From NCBI GenBank assembly GCA_020891255.1, contig BQFW01000005.1:248001-312000 (forward strand): a DNA stretch of 64,000 nucleotides, written 5' to 3'. A program made the position numbers and the translations under genes. The notes below the pieces were generated by a model. The model was not told where the DNA came from. It was given only the letters and a program-made list of their open reading frames with translations, and made no database searches. Below are positions 1-11,500 of the stretch, in pieces (within the stretch, counting starts at the first letter, position 1; each line of letters begins with the position of its first letter). Source of the stretch: Entomortierella parvispora E1425. Taxonomy: Eukaryota > Fungi > Mortierellomycota.

Positions 1-884
1 CTCCAGAAATAACGACAACAGCGAAAGAGGAAAAAAAAATAATAATCACGCAGAACCATAAAGGGGCGGATCATCATCATCATCATCCTTCATCGTTCTT
101 CCACCCCAAGGAAAACAGAAGAGAGAACCAAAAAGAAATTTCCTTTGGGACAGTCCACCGAGATAAAAATAATGGGCCAAATGGCACCCACCAACCGTCT
201 TCAAAAATAACAGCCGACGCCGGTACATCACTCCTGCCCCCGGTTCATATGCAACCTACTGAGCCCCAGCATGCCATACTTACATCCTCAATGTCGCGTA
301 TCCGTTTCTTGAGATCCTTGTATTTGTGTTTGTACTTGGCGTCTACTATTTGCAGGTTGAATGAAAAAGAGGGAAAAAAAAAATCAGCCAGACCCCTCGA
401 TTTTACTCTCTGTCCTTCTTTGCAAACCTCTTTTAACATCGGTATTGACATCAACATCAATCAATGTTATGTCCAACCATCATCATCATGGTTCCACACA
501 TACCATCGACAGCGGTGGCAGCGGTTGCAGTTGTAGCAGTTGGCGTGGTTGTTGTTATGATTGGGGTGGAAGTCTTGCCATTCTGAGAAGGGTCTGTGGC
601 GGTGGCGATTGTGGCCACAGGGGCAGCAAGGGCAATGGGAGCAGATACAGGGGCAGATACAGGGGCAGGGGCAGGGGCAGGGGCAATGGCGAGAGACGAA
701 AGAGATACGGACGGCTGCTTTGTCTACCAGAGAATGAGGGGAATGAAACGGCAGAATATATCAACAACCGGAGAGCGATCCAAAAAGGGCTCGTTTGAGC
801 ATAGAAAATCAAATCTCTAGGAGAGGAAGGCCACGCTACCTTTGTCGGAGAAGAGCCGTTGACAATAGAGGACAGGGCTGACAT
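1..884 (-). CDS. 5' part of an intron-containing gene running off the left edge; Ala/Pro/Thr-rich N-terminus followed by a basic coiled coil resembling Nhp10/INO80-subunit N-termini
   Basis: Inferred exons: 884-840 (MSALSSIVNGSSPTK), about 724-504 (APAPAPVSAP...TAVD) and 342-284 (DAKYKHKYKDLKKRIRDIED, followed by a gtaagt donor). The intron ends in a pyrimidine tract at the window edge. Family assignment is from motif recall only. Confidence 0.45.
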
Positions 885-970
885 GGTGCCTGTTGTCTTT
901 GTGTGTGCTTGTCTGCGGACGAACGAACGAGGTGGTCGCGTGTATGTATGTGAATGGAGAGTTGGAATGC

Positions 971-1002
971 AATGAATGAATGAATGAATGAATGAATGAA
1001 TG
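971..1002 (+). repeat. (AATG)8 microsatellite
   Basis: Read directly; lies in a low-complexity intergenic region. Confidence 0.9.
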
Positions 1003-1692
1003 CGACGTGGTGGGGATTCGCGTTTCTTTTTGTTTGTTGCAGAGCGATATTATTTTCCCTTTCAGGGCTTTCGGGAAAGGTGTCGGTTGCAACGGTCGGA
1101 GGGTTGGGCGAGTTCAGGAGGGAAGAAGAAGGAATGGAGGGGAATGAATGAACAGACAGACAGACAGACAGGAATGAATGAACAAAGGAATGAATGGGGG
1201 GGATCAATGGAGGGAATAAAGGGGGAAAGAGGAAGAGCGAGAGAGAGAGAGAGAGAAAAGAGGAAAGGAAAGGGAGGGTGCTGTTGTGGTCAGTCCGTGT
1301 CGTGTCGTCGTTCTTTTGTTCGTTCGTTTGTTCCTTCGTAGGGTCAAGGGAAAGGATTCTTCTTTGTCGTCCTTTGCCTTGTGAGGAGGGGTCGAGTCGA
1401 TTGATACGATGCCCACAAAAACTCCTCCTTCTTCTTCTTGGCTCTCTCATCTCTTTCTTCTTTTCTTTCCCTCTTGGCTCGCTTTCAAATGTATTTCATT
1501 TCCCTTTTTGCTGCACCGCAAAGACAAACAAACAAAGGAGACGAGAGAATGCAAAAAGAGAAGAGTGCTCAACCATGCAACGTGGTGGTGGGTCGGTCCT
1601 TTCCTTGAGAATAGGATAGGATTGATTCTCTTTCATCCACTCCAGACAAACAGACAGGCTGAGGCTGCAATGGGCAACCACAGAAAAGTGGA

Positions 1693-1723
<31 letters not shown>

Positions 1724-2181
1724 GTTCTTTGTTGCTCTCTGCTATTTTCACTTTTCATTCTTTCATTCATTCGTTCATTCTTTCCTTCCTTCCTTCCCTT
1801 CTCTCTCTTTTTCTATTTCTGTTCCCTTTGGAATTTTGGATCCAATTTCAAAGGAAATTGATTTTCTCTCTTTCTCTCTTTTCTCTTCTCTTTCTCGCTC
1901 TGTCCGTCATCGCCTCTCCCTGCGGACTGACCTAGGGGGCCAAACCATGTGCGAGAGCTCCCTTTCTCTCCAACTCGACCCCAAGAACTCTCTTTTTCTC
2001 ATATGCAATGAATGTTCCTGAGAACGACTCTCTCCCTCCTTCTCCCTCTTTCTTTCGTTCTCATCATTTTTCTTTGCTTGTCAAGTGTTTATTTTTATAG
2101 TCAATATTTTTTTTGCCCACTGACCTAGCTCTGGTGGATAGACCGATAGACAAACAACAGGGCACGCAAAGAAGGTGGAGA

Positions 2182-2376
2182 TCAGACTTGCCCAGGTCCT
2201 GGCTCTTGGTCCCGTTGTCGCAGCTGATCTTTGTTTCTTCCGAACCAACTCAACCTTGACCCTGTCTTTTTGATCGGAGGTTGATCTTGTTTCGTCAAAG
2301 TCGGCGACAAACTGGAGGTTGACTGCGGAAGAGGCGAAAAGGGTCCTCCGCTCCCTCCTCCTGACGAAAGCGTGCT

Positions 2377-2407
<31 letters not shown>

Positions 2408-4146
2408 CGTTGTGGTTCCTGTTGTTGCGCCATGGTCGTCCGTTCAGCCTTCTCAATCTCGTCCGCGACCCAGAGCGCACAGCCAACAATATTTGTCCAC
2501 ATGAACAACAAATTAGCGAGGGGGATGAGTTCCAGCAACACTGCAATGCCTCCGAAACTAAAACAACATGCATAAAAAACAGCGCAGTGGCGCACCAGGG
2601 AGAGAGTTAGTCTTTTTCCATCATGGCCCACAACGCCATGGATAGTAGACAACAGGCGTAGTATAGGGAGAAGGGAGGATAGATGCTTACCCCACAAAGT
2701 CGGATCGTCGTTTCCAAGCTTCTGATTTGGATTGACTGACGGAATAGTTTCGGATCTCCACGTCGTAGTGGAACCGCATGCCAAAGGTTAGGATCCAGCC
2801 ATTGATGCCCGCGTAAATGACTTGGCCCAGAACAGGTACCAAGTTCAAAGGCAGGGTCAGGAGTAGCACAATAATCTACAATGACGCGTACATGGGATGG
2901 AGAAGCAAAGAAGGATGTCGCATGAGCAAAGAAGAAAAAAGAAAAAAAAGAAAAAAAAAGGAGGGAGGGTCCCAGACCGTTATCAGATCAAAAATTAAGC
3001 CGAGCCATCTCCAGGTCGTTTTTTCTCCCGCCTGCAGGAAAGGACGTAACGAAGAAAGAGCCATTTGGGAGGGGAGATGTGCCCTTTTCCATCGACTCAT
3101 CCTGCCCCCACCCTGCGCTCCATCTTAATCCTGTCGGGAGGTCGAAAATGGAGACTGAAACCCGCAGATAATAGGGTAGATCTCTCTTCTCTCGTCTATT
3201 CCCAAGTCCGGACCTGATGCATGTCAAACACGCTCAGATTTTTTTTTTTGTTTCCATCTTTGCCGACAGGGGTGGCGAATGCACTCCACAAATGGGACCC
3301 ACTGGGCACATGTCTCGAGCCCTCTTGTCGTTCGGAAATAGGTGCTCTCCCCGCCCTTTTTTACATGTCGTGCTCAAGTCCCCATGTCCTGTCTGACGTG
3401 AATGTCCCATGTTCAGTCCCAGTCCAAGGGCAGGTCCCAGCTAAAGTGGCCAGGCCCAGGCCCCAGTCCTCTGTCACTGTTCCTGCTCCTGTTTCCTGCT
3501 CAGTTCAATCTAGTTTTGTAGTGTACCTGGATAAAGACAATCAAGAGTCCGCCCTGGACACCGCGCATGCACTTGACCACGCCATTGCCCTTGTTTTGTT
3601 CCAGAACATGGCGAAGGCCTCGGAGCTTGAGGACTCTGTCAAACAGCCCATCCTGATAAATAGGCAAGATGATCAAGTAGAACAAGAGGATCATCAAGGC
3701 CAGTTCTAACAGCACAAAGATGACGCACACGAACCTAACGAGGAAGGATGATGGGGTGAGTTCTCTTTTGTTGTTTGCTCCTCGTTGTATTGGAATTCTT
3801 TGCATGACCCGAGAAAAAGTGGGACCAGCAGTTCAATATTTTGCTTGAATAAGTCAGAAGGGAGAGATTTTTTTTCCTTTTCTTTGTTCTCATGAATGAG
3901 GAATGAATGAGGCATGGGAATGCCAATGCAGTGGGGAAATGAGTTGTACCATGCGAGACCGGCTGGACAGTTGACGCGAATGAGGGCGTGTGCCTGAACT
4001 TTGAGCAGGTAGGCAAAGGCAAAGATAGTAGCGGCTATAGCCCAGAGGATGGTCATGATGATGGGGCAGAGGATACTGGTGATGAGTTGTGGGTGTCCTA
4101 TGAAGTACATGACGCCCTGGACGGGGTAGCTGGAGGGGATGATCAT
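2182..4146 (-). CDS. EI24-domain multi-pass membrane protein (yeast Rrt8/Lds-like), 4 exons
   Basis: Exons 4146-3950, 3734-3527, 2875-~2691 and 2557-2182 splice in frame with GT/AG. Motifs: SYPVQGVMYFIGHP, LPLNLVPVLGQVIYAGINGW, FGGIAVLLELIPLANLLFMWTNIVGCALW. Poly-Q C-terminal tail. Confidence 0.8.
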
Positions 4147-5220
4147 GGTAGTGTGTGTATGCGAGTATGTGTTGCCAGGTGAGTGAATACGGAAAGAAGG
4201 GAGGGAGTGAAGTAAACAGGGGTGATGATGTGAAAAGGAAGTCTGGATGGAGAAACAAAGAAGCAAGGGAAGCAAGTCCGTGTGCTCATGGCCTTGTCCG
4301 AGATAAGCATCGCGCACACAGAGCGTCCAATGCGCGCGATTGGCGGCGCACCTGTTTTTTCTGTGTGGTCTGTCTGGTATGTGTCTGTGTCTGCGTGCAT
4401 GTCTGTCTGTCTGTTTGTCTGTCTGTTTGTCTGTTTGTCTGTCTATCTTGTCTGCCTCTTGTCCGCTCTCAAAAAAAAAAAAAAAGCGCGCGTCGTGCAA
4501 TGGGTCACGAATTCTCGGGATTCCACTTTCAAGCGATTTTATTTTTTTATTGCATGCAGCGCGTTTTTTATCCGGCTCTTTGCATTAACGACTGCAGCTG
4601 TGCTGGTTTGTAAGATTTCATGCGGCCTCCACTTTACGCTCTTGAAGTGGATCCACTCCGGTGGATCGTTTCCTTTCGAGATATCGAGCGCTTGTTATGT
4701 AGGCATTTGGGGTCATGTCGGATTTGTAAGAGCTCATGTGACGTGTCGTGGGCAAGATCTCCGTCCGAGCTGACCTGCCTGTGCATGTAAGAGACTCGCG
4801 TGTGCGACGCGCCGCAGCAGGATGTTGCAGGGTTTCTCTTGACCTTCTTTCGTGTTCTTTTGGGTAAAGAAAGACCCTAGGCTACACCAACAACAACAAC
4901 AACAACAACAGCAACAACCACATTGCACGCCGCATCTTCGCTTTTAGAAAGAGCCCAACTGAAGCCAAGGGAAGGAATTGTAGGTGGACACCAACCATGT
5001 CAACTCCTCGGGATTGTAAAGATCGTTGTTGTACGGGTCTCTTTTTTTTTCTTTCTTTCTTTCCTGATTGCCTTGCTCACTCGGCTCTTTTTCTGTTTTC
5101 CTTTCACTCTTCTTTCCACTTTCTTTCCTCCTTCCCCCTTTTCATCTCTCTGCGCCTTTTCCATCCTCCTGCCATCTCCACTCTTCCACCCCTTCTCTGC
5201 GGTCGCCCATCACATCTTGC

Positions 5221-7609
5221 ATGGCGACCAGCCCATCCACGACGTTGCCAGACAACTCTGGGACTGATCACGACCTTACTTCGGTTGCATCCAGGATGTC
5301 CAGCTTGTCCCTCCAGGCCGTAGACCGACCACTGTCCACATATTCGTCTCCAGACACCACCATTTGGGATGATGACATGCCTTCTCCCCTACCGCCTATA
5401 TCTGTAGACAGAGACGTTCGTCTTCAGGCGGCATGACCTCCTCAAGACTTACCTCTAGAGTTCCATCCAGTCAACCAGACAGCAAAGAACGAGCCTCCAA
5501 GCGCCTCTACAGTGGCACGAACGGATGTAGGTTAGTGGAGACGCCTCAGCAGAAAGAGACTCACCCTGCTACCTCCTCCACCGGAATGATGAGCAACCTT
5601 GCCTTTGACTTCCAATCGACGATTCAGTTCAAGGAGACTCCTCTGCCAGCGAAGCTGCCAGTGTCTATGAACAGGGATGTACCATCATGGAGCAGACCCC
5701 CTGAATCGCAAGCGGATGCAGACGCCATCTATCGAGGTTCACCTCCCAGCTTTCAGCAGTCAACTCCCACTCAGCCAGCTGTGCAGCCAGGGAGGCCAAT
5801 CTCGGATACGCCACCATCCAAGTCTGTCAACAGGGAGATACCACAGGAGCCCAGGCCCCCAGAAGATCCGGCTGGAGCAGGGGCTAGTCTTCGAGTTGAT
5901 CGAGATACACTTCTCAACTTCAAGCAGTCAACTCCAGTCAAGAGCACGCAGCCAGCAGTCCATCAGCAGCAGCCTGAGAAACCAATTGGATTTGGATCTG
6001 TTCATCATGTTAATCGGGATACACCTCTTGATCTCCGTTCAGCCACCGAGAGACCCACTGTTGCGTCTACACCTCTAGTCCCACCGTTGCCACAAGCAAA
6101 TGTGGATAGAGTCAAGAAGACGCAGCAGAAAGAGTCTCTAGGTCATCCCATTCTGCGAAAGGATAATGATAACCAGGACGCTCCTCCGGGGGACCAGGAT
6201 CGCGACCTCCTCCTTGACTTTAAACCTGCGAACCAGGTCAGCGGCGATCAACCAACAGTGACGATGGGTCGCAGGCCTCCAAACGACCCGGAGGGGGCTG
6301 GGCCTATTCTTCGAGTCGATCGAGACACACTGTTCGACTTCCAGTCGACAAATGCCGCCAGGATTCCGCCAGCGCCTCCGGCTCCACCGATCTCCATCCA
6401 AGCGAAGCGGGAGGAGTGGGCTCCCCCACCACCGCCACCAAGCCCAATGAGGGTTGATCGGGACAGACCACTTCATCTACAATCAGCGAACGGGGCCCGG
6501 CACGGTTGTCAGTCTCCAGCGGTTCCACCGATCTCGGCTCAGGCAGAGAATACAGTAAGTTCCATCCACCCCCGCCGGCGTCGATGAAGGTCGATCGAAA
6601 TAAACCTCTAGAGTTCCGTTCAGCAAGTCAGGCGAGGGAGACTCAACCTCCAGTTCCTCCATTGACGAATGCGAATCCAGTTGAGACTCCAAAGCCAAAG
6701 CCCCCAGTGACGCCAATATCGGAGGCGGGAGCGGGAGAAACCAAGGAATCAGGAAGGGGTACTCCACCGTCAATGTATGACGATGGAGAAATGCCACCAG
6801 ACCTTTATTCATCTCAAAGATCTGAACCTCGGCCATTTGTATTTAGAGGCTATCCGTCCCCTACATTCGGCTCGGCCCCATCTCCGGCGCTGGTGGATCG
6901 GGATAGACCCCTTGACTTTCGCCCTGCTAGAGGCACTGGACCTCAGTCATCTGCATCCAGCGGTTTCTCTGCACCAACACAGCAGTCGGGAACACATGGC
7001 TCGGCCCCATCTTCGGCATTTGTCGATCGAGATAGGCCTCTCAACTTTCGTCCCTTTGGTCACCCCACCTCTCCAATCACTCCACTGACGCCGTCGATAA
7101 GTACCACTGCACATCCTTCTGCAAGACCAGTTACTCCAACCAGCCCTTCCAATGCTTGTACTCCTGTAGGAGTAGAACCTCAACCCAGCTATCACCTTGC
7201 TCATTATCAATCCCCCTATCAGCAACCGGTAGGACCGATACAAGGACAATATCCCCAGCATCATCGCCCCCCTGACGGACAAGGACACCCTACAACCGTC
7301 TATTATCCAGCTCCAGTTGCTCCTCCACCAGCAAGTTCAGGTCCCCAGCCTACCTATTATCCATTGCCGCCTGCCTCACAATGGCCCAGTCGGAATGTGT
7401 TTCCTCCTCCAGGGCCAAGTTTACACACTAGTCATCTATACCAACCTAACTCTTCGCCTTGGAACGTCCACCCGCCAGCGCTGGTGGTAGGAGGTGTGGC
7501 TCCTCAACGGTCTGAAGCACCGGTACCACCTCTTCCTCCCATTAGATCTGGAGTCATACCATCACCTTCTGCCTATGTGCCCACAACACAATACAAAGGC
7601 AGGTCTTGA
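5221..7609 (+). pseudogene. Pro-rich protein with about 12 (V)DRD(T/R)PL(D/E/N)F-type repeats, split over three ORFs; pseudogene or unusually spliced gene
   Basis: ORFs 5221-5436, 5433-6587 and 6506-7609 all carry the motif. In-frame TGA at 5434-5436, after which the same frame still reads QDLPLEFHPVNQ. Frame changes near 5530 and near 6545. Confidence 0.6.
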
Positions 7610-8530
7610 TATTTTCTTGCATGATGTTAATGGATTAGGAAATAAAAGGCAGGAGGGTATTATACGTGAGAGCGAAAGGTGAAGCATCCAAAAAAAAAAA
7701 ACATGCGGACCTGTCCAATTGATGGCCAATGGATGACGCGTGCTTTTCTTTTTCACGCAAAGCGCGCACAGACGCAGGATTTTTTTAGAACAACATTGGG
7801 TCGATTGCAGACAAGAATGCTCTCGGTAAGATGGCGTTCCTCACCTCAGATTCTAGTCATTTTGAGGGCTACTTTGCCTTTCCTTGGCAGAAGCCCCGCA
7901 GGGTGATCATGTTTGAGCGTCGAGTTACAAAGCAACCAAAGCTGTTGCGATCCATAGGTCTGCGCACACTGCTTGCTCAGCATTTGTATGCCAAGCACAA
8001 TTGGATGAGCCAATCGCCTTTTCTTTTTTTTTTTTTGGAGTAGAAGCAAAGACTATTGACTTTTTGACGGCGGATCATGGACCAAGGACCCCTGTTCCAG
8101 AAGCAGCATGCATAGGCAACAGAGCAGTTCTGTTTGCTTGTCGCTGATCGGCCTATAAAAACGCAGCCCATGCTCCATCTCGTTTTCGATTGGGGACAAA
8201 CAAAGGTGCATGAAAATGTTTTTTTTTTTTTTTTTTCTCGTAAAAACGGAAATTGGGCCAAGGTGGACGACCTGATCGGGTAGAAATATCTAACTGACAG
8301 GGCAAGTTCAAGGGGAGGGGGATGCTCCAGGTGGCGATGGAGGGACATTTGGCAAAGCCAATTGACCATAAAGATTTGTTGAGGGTCCATTTCCTCGCCT
8401 CTTTTTTTTGTTCTTGCAGTCAAGTCAGCACTACATTAGAGCACCAAAGCGCCCTTTTTTTTAAACTGCCCATCTTGTCCCTCTCGAACCCCAAGCGGCT
8501 GCATTCCCTTTTGCCTTTAGCATCCTCACC

Positions 8531-11500
8531 ATGTCCTGGTCGAATCCGCTCGACCTTGTCGAGCAGCAGCGGCAGTCAACAGCAGCCAATTCCTGGAGCG
8601 GCGACAGCAATGGCCCCTTTGAGTCGGCCATGGACACCACGATCCGAGCCAGTTCTGGATCGACAACAGACTCTTCTCCAGAGGAAGAGCTTACTGAGGG
8701 TGACACAGGGATGATCAGTGAGGTCATAATCGCCGATAGGCTTTGCAGCCCTGTCTGCAGCCCTGTCAGCATCCCTGCTCTTTCTCCTTCTTCTTCGCCT
8801 TTGTTACATCCACAGCAGGACCGGCATGCATCCCTGTCGGTGGGCGCAGATCAGGTCCGGATCTCGGCTGCACTGGGAGATGAACGGTCACTTGACTTGT
8901 CTAAATCTCAGCCAGGGCTGCAGACCAGGGCAACGGTGGCACCTGCCAATGCGATTCAGGTGGCACCATCGACAACGGCCTGTGCACTCACTCCTCCTGC
9001 ATCTGATTCTTCCATTGGTCCAAATGTCGACAAAAGACAGGCAGGTTCTAGTTCGACTCGTTGCAGGACCGCCGAGTTGCCGACGGTTGTTGAGGTGGTT
9101 GACCCAACCCTGCCTATGCAGAGACTTGCATCCACAGATGTCTCTGCAGCGTTCTCACCTTTGCCAACACCATTTCTTCAGAAAGCCCAAATGGCAAAGC
9201 TCATCAGCGACAGGTACAACAAGGGCAAGCACGTAACGTTCCAAAGTCGATCGCCATATCCAGATTTGATATCAAAGAACAACCACCGTCGAGGGCAAGA
9301 TAGCGGCGGAGGTGTTGGCTCTGCAGTCTTTGAATCAAGAGTGGATCCAACAAATGACATTGTCACATGTCAACCACGCTCTATGGAGGCGAAGGAGCCA
9401 TCTTCACCACCAGAGTCGGTTCCTTCTGCGGAATCGACGCCCCAGCTCACCCTGGTCCTTGAGACTCCAGACGAGTACGTGTACGGTCCTCCACAGAAAA
9501 AAATCCACTCCGAATCGGCAGTATGTAAGTGGGGCTGAGAGCTGTGCAACACGCACGATACGTTGAGTTCAGCAACATTGGAAAAGACGGGGCCTTTTCA
9601 TAACAAGCTTGAACTCTCTTCGTTCCTTTCAACAGCGTACAGATGGGAAGTCATGCAAATCGCCTATACACCAACAACTGATTCGTAAGGAAGAGAGTTT
9701 AGAGTGAACCAACGCCTCTTGCTAAATATCTGCCGTTGAAATGACCAATTGACGCCTGCTTGTTTGTCTACTATTATTTAGAGGAAGCACGCATGAGTCA
9801 GTCATGATCACTAAAGAAAGGCCTATCTACGAGGTAACTAGGACCGACCTTTGAAGCTTTGGCTTTCAATTACTCGAAAAAGATACAGCCATCAAGTATT
9901 TTGTTTGTTTACAAATGACTCTTTTTGGGTACATAGTGCCTTCTAGATATCGCAACAATCGAACCTGGGTGGTACTGGATTGTTCTACATTTGGAGCGTT
10001 CGCCATATCTAGGGAGGCAGATGATGAAGAACCTGACCATCAATGTGGAAGCGAATGGACGGGAAATAAATATGGTGAGATTTTGTGGGTACCTTTCCTC
10101 CTCGCCCAACTATTTTTGACCAACTTTCCTAACCTCTCTTACTCTCTACATCTTCTAGAGCAAAACCTGCAAAACAAAATTCGACGACTTCGATCTGGAC
10201 AACTTCTTTGGTAGGTGATCCCGCGTTGTTCCCGCCTAGTTTTCACTCACAAAAAAAAAAAAAAAATTGAAATGACTAAATCATTCCGTCATTCTTAGAT
10301 GGAGGCTGCTCCCGCTCGCGGTATGTACGACTTCATCGACAAATCGAGATCAATTCTCGAGACAGTTCTGGAAATGATTTGCAATTGAGCGTCGAGTCGG
10401 ATATCCAGACCGGTTATGCGGATGACCATCTCAAAGTGCACTCGATCCAACTGACAAGAGGTCTCCCCAACAACAGCGGTAAAGGACCTTTCACCGCCAG
10501 TATGATCAATACCAAATCCACCACTCTGCTAGTTTTTTGACCCGCCTGCTTTTTCATCACTAGATCTCATTGTCTATGGGGAAGGTAGACCGCACGATAT
10601 TATCCACATCCCCCAGAAGAAATCGAGCGACGGTGTTCCCAGGACTACCAGCATCCACAGCTTCAGTATCTCAAAATCACGAACCTACGCAGCAACCCTA
10701 TCCTTTGACGAGGATGACATCCATATTCAAGTCTGGGATCTTCAAAAGCCTCCCTCCCTCAATGATGGTCTTTTCTCGCCCCAAGAAAATAGCAATTATA
10801 GACCGCGGGAGCACAGCAAGCCGAAGGCTGAAACGATGTACAGTTTCAAGACAAGTCGTTCAGAGCTCAAGGATATCTGTTTTCAGATCTCCAATTCAGG
10901 GCCGCAAGTGACGCTCCACTCAGTTGAATCTGGCTCTACTGATCATGGAATACCATTCTGTTTGTTCCAGTATGCGGACAAGCGTCCTGCAGTTAACGGC
11001 GTTAGCGGTAACCTCGTCCCAGAAATGGCCCTTGCATCAGGGTTAAATAGCTTCTATGGGTACGGATGCTTTCATTCGCAGGACGAGGATCTCAACTCCA
11101 AGGAGCGATATATCACCTGCGAGGGAACTCGAGTCCGCCTTTACAACACAACATCTGAGAAAAGGAAATGGGACCTTTTGTACACATTACATTTGTGTCA
11201 TGAGCCCAACATAGATGCTGCCCTAAGGTTATATCTCAGTTTGCATGGCCAGTATTTTGCCTGGACAGGATCCAAGGAAGTGGTCACCATCTGGGACATC
11301 GAAACAGGGCGCTACATCTCAAATATTGCAACTTCCACCGAGGACAACGCCGACGTGTTTGTCAACTTTTCAAGGTTGGGAAAGAAAGTGGCCATCTCCA
11401 CCTCAGGGAAGATTACGGTCCATCAAACGCATTCGGGGATATTACTGGGAGAATATAGCAGCATGGGCCTCAACGAAGACAGCCTTTATGAAGTCGACTT

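Noticed and set aside
836-2021. Many 60-200 aa ORFs rich in F/L/S or K/R/E (also about 27000-29400, 33200-37300 and 40600-41800)
   Set aside because: Products of polypurine/polypyrimidine tracts and microsatellites in intergenic DNA; no domain signal.
2378-2410. (GTT)n run giving poly-C/V/L ORFs on +
   Set aside because: It is the poly-Gln tract of the minus-strand EI24 gene.
4649-4667. Small hairpin GATCCAC-TCCG-GTGGATC
   Set aside because: A 7-bp stem is expected by chance in 64 kb and there is no supporting context.
5434-5436. Programmed readthrough or A-to-I editing of the TGA
   Set aside because: The frame closes again 32 codons later (TAG 5533-5535) and a frameshift is still needed, so readthrough alone does not rescue the ORF.
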